Assembly: GCF_006345805.1 (NCBI RefSeq)
Contig: NC_043012.1
Span: 45,446,001-45,510,000 of the forward strand
Length of the DNA stretch: 64,000 nucleotides
Direction of reading: 5' to 3'
Source: Octopus sinensis
Lineage: Eukaryota
Shown here: piece by piece, positions 1 through 11,170 of the stretch
How positions within the stretch are numbered: position 1 is the first letter of the stretch
Layout of the letters: every line of letters begins with the position of its first letter
The notes under the pieces: model-generated
What the model was told of the DNA's origin: nothing
The model's input: only the letters and a program-made list of their open reading frames with translations
The model's database searches: none
Translations under genes and position numbers: made by a program

Positions 1-70
1 ATATACTAATCTAATGGAAGTGTATCTCAACAAGATATTATTGAGAATGAAGTGGATATGTTTGGTAAAG

Positions 71-154
71 TCTTTCTCTTTATAAATGTCTTGAAAATTC
101 CACACAGCATTGGCTTTTTCTTGTCTCATTTTATTTAACACACACACACATACA

Positions 155-240
<86 letters not shown>

Positions 241-269
241 GTACATACATCTACATATATGTATCTATA

Positions 270-343
<74 letters not shown>

Positions 344-462
344 TAGATAGATAGATATATATACATACACAAATATATGTGTGCGTGTGTGCTAAATAAA
401 ATGAGACAAGAAAAAGCCAAGACCGTGGAATTTTCAGGACATTTATAACGAGAAAGACTTAT
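71..462. repeat. Inverted repeat pair (71-136 and 393-462) flanking a compound (CA)n/(TA)n/(GATA)n/(TG)n microsatellite
   Basis: The reverse complement of 71-136 (TAAATAAAATGAGACAAGAAAAAGCCAA...GGAATTTTCAAGACATTTATAAAGAGAAAGACT) aligns to 393-462. Confidence 0.8.
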
Positions 463-700
463 AGCTATTCTGGGATATTAGTGATATCCCTTCATCAGAG
501 ACGATGTGAGATGGTTAAATAGAGGGAAATATTCGAGTTCAATATGAGGAGTTATTTTGGAAAAGGAAGCAAATAAGGAGTATATGGGGAAATAGGAGAA
601 TGAATGTAGAGTTAAAAACAAAAATGTATAAAGTTGTTATAATTTCCGTTCTATTATCCAAGGGAAGTGGTGTGTAGAAGTGGTAGAAATGCTTCCAGTT
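393..700 (-). mobile_element. Non-autonomous dispersed repeat, probably Penelope-like-element (PLE) associated; second copy at about 53520-53800
   Basis: Collinear similarity between about 425-690 and 53520-53790; both carry the same hammerhead-like motif. Confidence 0.6.
456..502 (-). ncRNA. Degenerate minimal type I hammerhead ribozyme motif
   Basis: Minus strand: GTCT-CTGATGA-AGGGATAT/ATATCCCA-GAAT-AGCT-ATA-AGTC. The core is intact and the 3' half is mutated; the defects complement those of the 53561 copy. Confidence 0.4.
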
Positions 701-1441
701 CGTGGTATGTAACATTCGGTTTTATTAGGACAGCTACTAAACAACAGCAATGTAACAAAATGCATCAGGATTCAAACAGGAAAAGAGAGAATCACCTTGC
801 TTGCCGAAAGTGAACAGTCCATAAAGAAATGGTCAATGGAGTTTTAACTATGTCCTTACACATATTTAGGTGGGTTTATATTTTCTTTCAAATAGAGGAG
901 AAATACTCCACATTCATGCAAAACATTGCGTCTTTATTTAGTTTTTGAGAGATCAATAACAATAATTCTTCGAATCATTGCCGCTCTTATACTAAAAACA
1001 GAACATTCTGATTCATTAGCAAGAGCTAGGTATAAGTATCTCTCGAGTCTTAAATTGTAACTAACGATTTCTATAATATCATGTATCTATTAAAAATATT
1101 ATCTGCGCAACTAACAACGTCTCATAGATCTCCTCAACGAATCAAATATTCCCTCGTCATGACGTCGTTACTAAATGATGACACTATAAGTATATGTGTG
1201 TGTGTGTGTTGTGTTGTGTTATTGAGCAAGACACTTCAGTTCACGTTGCTCTGCGATCACTTCGCCATCTCACACAGGGCACCCGTTGCACCTGTACAGG
1301 TAATATCGATTTGATGGAGGAAGTGAGCTTATGTATAAAGCATTTGATCACTATAAACAAATCATCTATGTGGTTATTCGGTAAGAAATTGTCTAGTCCT
1401 CATACGTCATCTAACGACGGGAGAGTACATCATACACACAC

Positions 1442-1534
<93 letters not shown>

Positions 1535-2439
1535 AATATATACATACATATATACATGTTAAGCGCCTGGTTTAAAAAAAACACTTGAAAGTATGCCACA
1601 GTCAAGCGAGGTGACTCACAACAGGTCCCTAATCAATGCTGCATACCGAACTAAGGCCTGTTGTAAGCCATATCACCGAATATAACTATATGCTAACTGG
1701 TATAGACATCATTTACTGGCATTTATCAATGTATCATGCTGCGGAAAAAGTCTGCCTTTTCCAGGAGATGGTGTGACCCAATCTTTTCAGTGATCTTAGT
1801 GAGTATAACTGTGCATCGCTCATATTTAACGGAAATGTAACAGTGCTCCGTGAAGTGAATAAGGTTTTCAATTTATTACTCTTGAAGAGAGAAGCTTCTC
1901 ATATCCTTAATAAAGGATGCGTTCGAGGCCTCTGTGCATTATATTGATGTGGATTTGGTATTTGGTAGCTAGGCTGCGTGCGGTTGGGTACGTTAGGGGA
2001 AGAATGAAGCCTAGATTCATTTGTGTAAGATTTGGTGTTGTTCGGTGTAATATGACTCAAGCCTTTCATGCATAGAATGAAGAAAGAGGTGAATGAAACA
2101 TAAGTACGGCATTGAAATAATATTTCGCGGGTAGAGTTGGAGACAACTCCAGTGTAACTGGATGCCACTATTGCTCGTATCCATGTGAGAGATTAAGTGA
2201 CAGAGAGACAAAGAGAGAGAGAAAGAGATAGAGAGGGACAGAGAGACAGAGAGAGAAAGAGAGGAATTGATTGAAAAAAGGTAATAATGTTGTGATTTGG
2301 TAAGAAAAGCAGTCTTTTTTCTAACAAAGTAGGGAATGATGCAGGTGATGTGTGGTACCATTACGAATGTTCATACTCAAATTACTGAAAATAATAAGAA
2401 AATACTTCTCTCAAAAGCAGAAAGGAAAACATTATAATG

Positions 2440-3700
2440 TTATATAAGACATTGAAACTAGAATTAAAGAAGGTGTTAATGCAATGCTATTGCTATCATG
2501 AACTTAAACCTTTGTAAATGACACGTACCCGAAATGATAGAAGATAATAAATCTGAAATACAATGGAATTACAATCAATGACATATATTTAAAAAAATTC
2601 AACTGACTTTATTGAATATGTACCAGAAATGTTGCATCAATAGAAGAGTTGACTATATAAGCCACTTCAGTTATAAAACCAGGAATTTCTATGGTCTACA
2701 CAAAATGTAGAAAATGACGCTTCTTAATGCTATAAAACCAAAATAACGAAAAGGTGTCTGCAAATATCTTTAAAAAAATAGAATTTTAGAAAATTAAACG
2801 AATCAATAAAAAAGTCAACGTAAGCAATTGCAAAATATACTTATTGGCGTAAAAATTTATGAATAAATATATAACAGTCTACAGAATGTAGCAGAAAAAA
2901 TTAAGGTTGATGCTTGCAGTTAACAGAAGGAGCAAAGGTTAAGGAAGTGTAATTCTGTAAATCATAAAATTTTTCACAATACTAAATTTATCTGATGAAA
3001 TAACACGTGTTATAGTTTTTATATAAAAGGATACATATGCGCATAGTCAACAAAATGAGTGAGCCAAAAGAACAGTCATTTTTTTCATTGATTTCTTTTA
3101 ATTACTTAAAAATTAACGGACAAATTGATATGCTGATATGCAAACGATTGATGCAATAGTGGCACCAAGCGAATTATGAACTGGAGCAGAAAACGTCCGT
3201 TAATTTAATAGGTGCAAAAAGGAACTTAATTTCAAAATATTCCTGGCAGTTGCTCATGTTTGTCAGCAGAATAACAACAAATCACCAAAATAATAGAAAA
3301 TATCTTAAAGATTTAAAAGCGTTGCTTCCAAACGATTTAAAATCAGTAGAAGAATAGCAATAATATTAAGAAATATGTAATGTTGGTTTACTAGTCCTAA
3401 AACACTGGTACATTATTGCATATTTTATATAACAATAGAAAACGAAGTCTACATCTACGTATGATGTAGTAGTAGCGCTATATCAACACAAGTAGATCAG
3501 TAGTCTACAAAAAGTATCTGTAGGAGAAAAACTAGCCTAAGATTAAGAAGAGGAAATGTGCCGGACAACTAGAAGCTATTTTACTTTACTAATGCAAAAC
3601 TATACAAGATATATACATTTATTGATCAGATTCCCAGTAACATAAATATACATTTTCTTATTTTAAACTTGATGATACCATAAAGCGATATGTAAGAAAA
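2440..3700 (+). pseudogene. Heavily decayed Penelope-like reverse transcriptase remnant
   Basis: Fragmentary motifs in the expected order: NFYGLHKM (cf. FYGLPKIHK) near 2685, AIVAPS (cf. MGSKxAPSYAN) near 3155 and an SYLL-like segment near 3575; many stops and frameshifts. Confidence 0.35.
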
Positions 3701-4258
3701 CTAAAAATAAAATTTTGAATATTAACACTATAGAAATTGTAAAAAAAATCTTAGTATTTTACTTTATTTTAATCTTTTCAATAAAATATATTCGCATCAC
3801 GTAGATTCGATTGAAAGAGCTGTCACTTCTAAGACAATTCTGTATATGAAACTAAATATATTCAAGAAAATCTTTTATATTATCATCAATACTCTTCTAT
3901 GTATATCGGACCATAGCAACACAATATAGAAGTGAATGCGTGTTAATATTGGCAATATAACTACCAAGTAAGTGACAGAAATAATAAAACACTCAAGTAT
4001 TTTAATGCAGACGGAGACCCAGAATGTGTAAAATTCTCTGTTGAGTACCTATTGCAAGAGAAATGCATGGATTTCTCAAATTCTACTTCACCTCTCCAAT
4101 AAACATTTCGGAGAGTGTCTTTGACTGACGTCAATAATAATGTCTAATGGTTGCATACCCCATAATCTCTACTATAATATATCAATACATACGCAACAAA
4201 ATGATGACAGAGGCTCATGATGAATTATATCTATCTAGGACTCTGGGATTTGGACTTC

Positions 4259-4500
<242 letters not shown>

Positions 4501-4522
4501 CTATCTCATATATGTATGCATG

Positions 4523-4557
<35 letters not shown>

Positions 4558-4783
4558 CTGTGTATATATGTATGTATGCACACATACATACACACACATA
4601 CACACACATACACACACATACACACACGCACCACACACACACATACACACACACACATATATATATATATGTAGATAAAACATACTTGGAAGAGGATGCG
4701 TGGTGTTGAATCATATAAAATAAATAATATATAAATGCATATATACATATATATGTGCTTACTTACCTCTATACGTATATATA

Positions 4784-4852
<69 letters not shown>

Positions 4853-5511
4853 TATGTCGGAACAGGATGTTGCGAAGCGTGTACAGCAAAAAAGTACGAA
4901 TCACGAGTACATGGAACATAGACTGCGCATCAGAATTATTAAGATAGAGCTTACTTGGATGAGGATGCGTGGAGTTCAATCATATATATATATATATATG
5001 CGGGCACGCATATATACACACACCATCCTACCCCAAAAAATTCTTTAAACAACACACATCTATTTTCGCCACCCTGGAACCTTTCAAAAATAGCCCCCAC
5101 ACACACGCAGACGCTTGTATACGTGTGTGTGCACGCACACAGGGGCACGCACACTCACACCAGTCTCACCTCCATACAGGCACATATATACACATGCAGC
5201 ACCATGTCAAATGCCATCCACACTCATGCATGCGTACACACGCACGCACACATGCACACACGCACGCGCACACACACGCACACACAGCACCATGACAACC
5301 ACACACACTTGACAAACAGACGCCATCTGACCAAATACTACAGGCACACAGACACATCTATTCACACACACGCAGAGAGATACACATATTCACCTCATCC
5401 TAACCCCAAAATCATTGATGCTTGAAAGAAAGCCAAAAAAAGAAAAGAACGGGACATCTTTTTCAATTCTACATTTCTGCTAAAACGGACAGCTCAGTAA
5501 ACAAGCTCGCC

Positions 5512-5869
5512 TTGAATTCATAATATTCTGTACTGACCCGGAGATGTATAATATATTTGTTTTAATCTTTTCTGCCCATTTTTTCAAATATTCTCATCAT
5601 ACTGTTGTACTTTCTTATGTCCTTAACATGTCCTTGTTACCAAAGACTGTATATATACATGTAATGTGGCAATTTGCAACAACCAATAATTAACGCAACC
5701 AAACTTCCAATAATATATTTGTTTTATTCTTTTCTGCCCATTTTTTCAAATATTCTCATCACACTGTTGTACTTCTTTATGTCCTTAACATGTCCCTGTT
5801 ACCAAAGACTGTATATATACATGTAATGTGGCAATTATGTAAAAAACTTTTTTGAATTCATAATATTCT
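5512..5869. repeat. Local tandem duplication (about 125 bp units at 5549-5674 and 5710-5836) bracketed by a short direct repeat TTGAATTCATAATATTCT
   Basis: Near-identical units; the bracketing repeat lies at about 5512-5529 and 5852-5869. Confidence 0.8.
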
Positions 5870-5956
5870 ATGTTACTTTTGACAATCTTTTTCCAAAGAG
5901 TGAGACCGGTTAAGTAAATAAACATCTTTTAAATTGCATTTTCAAGCCTTCTTTCG

Positions 5957-5990
<34 letters not shown>

Positions 5991-6158
5991 ATATATATGT
6001 AATATATAAATAAATGGCGGTGCCCCAGTATGGCCACAGCTTGTGAGCTGAAACTAGATAAAATAAAAAATAAAATGTATATATATATGCATATGTGCAT
6101 ATATGTTCACCCTTACTTCTATACCTATATATATCTATATATGTACACACACACACAC

Positions 6159-6230
<72 letters not shown>

Positions 6231-6312
6231 AAGGGTGAAAAGGAACACACGAGTTGATATATATGAAAAAACAAGTCAAAAATAGAAAATGCTAAAATAA
6301 TTTTATAGTGAA

Positions 6313-6360
6313 CATTTCAGTACCGGTTTCGGTCATTTTAAGACCTTTTCAACTGTAACG
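6313..6360 (-). ncRNA. Minimal type I hammerhead ribozyme, U3-A8 variant (left arm of foldback)
   Basis: Minus strand: CAG-TTGAAAA-GGTC/GACC-GAAA-CCGG-TA-CTG. Confidence 0.65.
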
Positions 6361-6616
6361 ATTAAATAATTAAATTTAGAAAAATTAGAAAAGTTTTTTT
6401 AAAGGAATATTTCTATAGTAGTGTTCAGATATAAGTGGCATTCTGCCTTTCTCTGACTCCCTTGTTTGCACTTGTGCGTTCGAGGTCGTTGCGAACACAC
6501 ACGTGCAAACAAGGGAGTCACAGAAAGGCAGAATGCCACTTATATCTGAACACTACTATAGAAATATTCCTTTAAAAAAACTTTTCTTCTAATTTTTCTA
6601 AATTTAATTATTTAAT

Positions 6617-6664
6617 CGTTACAGTTGAAAAGGTCTCAAAATGACCGAAACCGGTACTGAAATG
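6617..6664 (+). ncRNA. Minimal type I hammerhead ribozyme, U3-A8 variant (right arm of foldback)
   Basis: Stem I CAG/CTG (extends past an A-A mismatch as CGTT/AATG), core TTGAAAA at 6625-6631, stem II GGTC/GACC, GAAA, palindromic stem III CCGG, GUA cleavage triplet. Confidence 0.65.
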
Positions 6665-6712
6665 TTCACTATAAAATTATTTTAGCATTTTCTATTTTTG
6701 ACTTGTTTTTTC

Positions 6713-6745
<33 letters not shown>

Positions 6746-6746
<1 letters not shown>

Positions 6747-7918
6747 CGCGATGGGAACGAGAATGGGTCCCAATTTCGCCAATCTCTTTGTTGGCTACAT
6801 TGAGGCCCAAGTATTCTCCCAATTCTCCGGGCCGACCCCAGAACTATACGGTCGTTACATAGACGACTGTATAGGCGCCACCTCCATTTCCCGCGAACAA
6901 CTCTGCCACTTCATCTCTTTCCTCTCTAACTTCCACCCATCTCTACAATTCACTTCCACCATATCCAATACTTCCGTTAACTTCCTAGATATCTCACTCA
7001 GCATCGAATACCCCACCCACTCTCTCACCACCTCCGCCTTCTTCAAACCCACGGGTTCCCACCTCTATCTCAACTTCTCCTCCTCCCATCCATTCCACAC
7101 CTAACGGGCTATCCCCTACTCCCAGTTCCTCCGCCTCCGACGCTTGTGCAGCCGCGACCAGGATTTCGAGACCCAGTCTCAATACCTGGCCCGCCTGTTC
7201 AGGCTTCGAGGATACCCACCTACCCTGGTCTTGAACGCCCTCGCCCGCGCTCGTCACATCGACCGCACCACCGCCCTTTCTCCTTCCAATCACCCCCCCC
7301 AACTGCACGCCCTTTCCCCTCCTTTTCCACCCCTCTACTCTACCCCTTCGTCGGAAGATACTTCGTGCCTTCCGTCGTCTCCAGCTCGATTCCACGACAC
7401 ACCCCATTTTCCCCAACCCACCCCTGTCCTCCTTCAAACGAGCCCGGAATCTACGCGACCTCCTGGTCCGTAGCACCCTCCCTTCTTCCCCCTCGGCCCC
7501 ACTCGGATCCTTCCCATGCTCCAGATCCCGCTGCAACACCTGCCCCTTCATCACCAACACCACTGCTGTCACCAGTTCCAACCGGCGAACTGTACGTATC
7601 AGGTATTCCTTTACGTGCACCTCGTCTGGACTCATTTACTGCATTAAATGCAACCGCTGCAGGATGCTGTATATAGGACAGACGGGACGCCGGTTGTCAG
7701 ACCGATTCACCGAGCATCTGAGGGATATTCGTCTATTTTCCAATTCTCCCGTCGCACGGCACTTCCGCTCAGCCAGCCATTCTCCCGATGACATCTCGGT
7801 GTTTGATCTTGCCCCACACAACGGCTCTCCCCAATGTAGGCTTCACTTGGAGCAACGGTTCATATTCCTTCTACGGACTCTAACCCCACACGGACTCAAC
7901 ACAGCCCCCTCCTCTTAG
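6746..7918 (+). mobile_element. 5'-truncated Penelope-like retroelement (RT C-terminal half, Cys linker, GIY-YIG endonuclease); Neptune-like clade suspected
   Basis: AMGTRMGPNFANLF, RYIDD, VNFLD, HP..K.AIPYSQFLRLRR, CSRSRCNTC and LIYCIKCNRCRMLYIGQTGRRLSDRFTEH. One nonsense codon (7102-7104) and about one frameshift near 7310. Confidence 0.92.
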
Positions 7919-7999
7919 TGACTGCGGTCCACTTCTCCCCCCGCATCTTTTATTTTTTGTTTATTAATTATTATTTATTTTTAATTTTTTAAATTTTTA

Positions 8000-10425
8000 T
8001 AATTGTCCTTATGCAGTCACACACACACACATACTCACGTACCCACGAACACACCTACTGCCAACACACCACACACACACAACGTACATGCACATGTACG
8101 CACACATACTTCCACACCCATACACACACCCACACACACCCACGTGCACACACACACATGCCCGTGCACACACACCAGGGACAATACTCATACAGATACG
8201 CACACTCCTATAAACACCTAGCTGAGACGCACAGATACACGCACGTAAGCGCACACACGCACATGTACGTTACGCCCACACAACTCTAAACCCCCCACAC
8301 GTATACATTCACACACATACATACGTACACACACATAATACATACATAGATACATTCATACATACATACATACACACACACGCACACATACATACATACA
8401 TTCACACACACACACATACACACATACATACATACACACACATACATATACATACACACATACATACACACACACATACCCACACACATACGCACGCACA
8501 CATACACATACATACATGCATACATACACACACGTACACACACACATACATACATACAACACATACATACACAGATACACACATACACATAAACATACAT
8601 ACACACATATACACACATACACATACATACACACATACACACACATACACACACATACATACACACATACACAAATACACACATACATACACACACACAT
8701 ACACACATGCATATATGCATACACACATACATACATATACATACATACATACACACACACATACACACATACATACACACATACATACATAGACACATAT
8801 AGACATACACACACACATACATATACATACATACATACATACAGACAGACACACACATGCACACATACACGCATGCACACATATATACATACACACACAC
8901 ACATACTATACACACATACATACATACACACACACTTACATACACACACATACATACACACTTACACACATACACACACATACACACACGCATACACACA
9001 TACATACATATATACACACATACAAACACACATACATACATAGATACATACATACACAAACATACATATACATACATACATACACACACATACACACACA
9101 TACACACACACGCACGCACACATACATACATACACACACACGTACATACATACATACATACACACAAACTTACACACATACACAAACATACATACATACA
9201 TACATACACACACATACACACACATACACACACATACATACATACGCACATACATACACATACATATATACACACACACATACATACACACACATATATA
9301 TACATACGTACATACACATACACATGCACACATACACGCATGCACACATACATACATACACACACACATACATACACTACATACATAAATACATACATAC
9401 ACACATACACGCATGCAAAAATACATACATACATACGTACATACATACATACACACACACATACATACATACGTACATACACACACACATACACACATAC
9501 ATACATACACACACGCATGCATACACACATACACACACACATACACACATACATACATACACACACGCATACATATACATACACATACACACACATACAC
9601 ACATACATACACACACATATAAACACACATATAAGCCCCTACATTGTACACACACGCACACATATATACATACATTCACTCGCACGCACGTACACACACA
9701 CATTTACATATATATATATACTATACACTCACACACACATACACGCGTACAAACACACACAAACTGACATACACTCCGACAGATATACATACACAATATA
9801 CACCTATCCGCGCACGCACACATACACACAAACGCATACAAACGCACACATACACGCACACACATACACGTACATACATACACTCTCACACAAATGAACC
9901 CACATATACATCCCTACACACACACACGCACGTACAAGCACACACGTACTAGGTTACGCCACACACCCACACTCTACCCATACACACACAAACACACACA
10001 TGTACACACACACACACACTACAAACAACACACACACTATGATACATATAGCCCTTTTTTTTGACCTGGCTTTGACCTAGCTTGACACAAACAGCTAGCA
10101 GTCATCACCACAGCTGGCTTTGTGATTACCTTTATTCACCAAAAATACACACACACACACACACGCACGTACAAGCACACACGTACTAGGTTACGCCACA
10201 CACCCACACTCTACCCATACACACACAAACACACACATGTACACACACACACACACTACAAACAACACACACACTATGATACATATAGCCCTTTTTTTTG
10301 ACCTGGCTTTGACCTAGCTTGACACAAACAGCTAGCAGTCATCACCACAGCTGGCTTTGTGATTACCTTTATTCACCAAAAATACACACACACACACACG
10401 CACGCACAAACACACTTGTCATCTT

Positions 10426-10460
<35 letters not shown>
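8000..10460. repeat. Long degenerate (CA)n/(CATA)n micro/minisatellite field, including a tandem duplication of about 240 bp (about 9917-10152 and 10160-10395)
   Basis: Direct reading; the duplicated unit contains the unique segment GCCCTTTTTTTTGACCTGGCTTTGACCTAGCTTGACAC. Confidence 0.9.
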
Positions 10461-10466
<6 letters not shown>

Positions 10467-10614
10467 CATTCCCTTTTTTGGGAACTCTCTTGCATTATAA
10501 AACCATTTTTCAACTACCTTCAAATTCTGTCCTTTCAACATGTGATCTCTTAAGCACCACCAGCTCAAATATTGTCTCCTCTGTCTTCCCTCCTTGGGAT
10601 CTTTCCTTCTCTTT

Positions 10615-10649
10615 GTTTCCGACGAAGAGCTCCGCTCAAAACGTTAAAC
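10615..10649 (+). ncRNA. Minimal hammerhead-like motif (U4C core; this copy has G12A and is probably inactive)
   Basis: GTTT-CCGACGA-A-GAGC/GCTC-AAAA-CG-TT-AAAC. Confidence 0.45.
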
Positions 10650-10761
10650 CCTCCTTCCCTTCTTTCCTGAGCGTCAATAATACTTTAATTGTTCCACGTC
10701 CTGCGTTGCTGTGTTTTTTTCTCCTTTTTTTTCTCTTTTTTCTGTGTTTTCTTGTTTGGAT

Positions 10762-10803
<42 letters not shown>

Positions 10804-10959
10804 CATATGTGGGCACAGGACGTCAGGAAATGTGTACAACGAAAAGGTACGAAGCACGAGTACATGGAACATGGTACATGGAACTATTCTTTCGAACTAA
10901 GAAAGACACACATGCAAAACAAAACAAACATAAAGAAAAACCCTTCATCTTTGCAGGAG

Positions 10960-11125
10960 TGTCTGTGTGGTAAGTAGCTTGCTTCCCAACCATACGGTTC
11001 CAGGTTCAGTCCCACTGCATTGCACCATGGACTAGTGTCTTCTACTATAGCCTCGGGTCGACAAAAGTCCAGTGACTGGTAGCGTAGATTTGGTAGATGG
11101 AAACTGAAAAAAGTCGTCGTGTATA
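10960..11125 (+). mobile_element. tRNA-derived SINE (octopus OR-like family); second copy at 58265-58416
   Basis: GTGGTAAGTAGCTTGCTTCCCAACC...GGTTCAGTCCCACTGC head (A/B box-like), collinear with 58265-58416. Confidence 0.75.
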
Positions 11126-11170
11126 GATACACACACACACACACACACATACATACATATATATATATAT

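Larger units (their letters stand above)
6257..6719. repeat. Near-perfect foldback (arms about 226 bp, 9-nt loop at 6483-6491) within (TA)n
   Basis: 6257-6482 is the reverse complement of 6492-6719 apart from a few substitutions and one 3-nt indel. Confidence 0.95.

Noticed and set aside
2992-3013. CTGATGA followed by a perfect hairpin
   Set aside because: No GAAA, stem III or stem I downstream, so not a hammerhead.
6994-7635. 213-aa antisense ORF over the Penelope-like element, and similar antisense ORFs across the Tx1 copies
   Set aside because: Expected shadow frames of GC-rich coding sequence; no motifs.
8286-9897. 446-aa and 346-aa ORFs, plus the many other YI/HT/CV/LSIY ORFs in the track
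   Set aside because: These are translations of (CA)n, (TA)n, (CATA)n and (TCTA)n repeats, which lack stop codons in some frames; there is no coding evidence.
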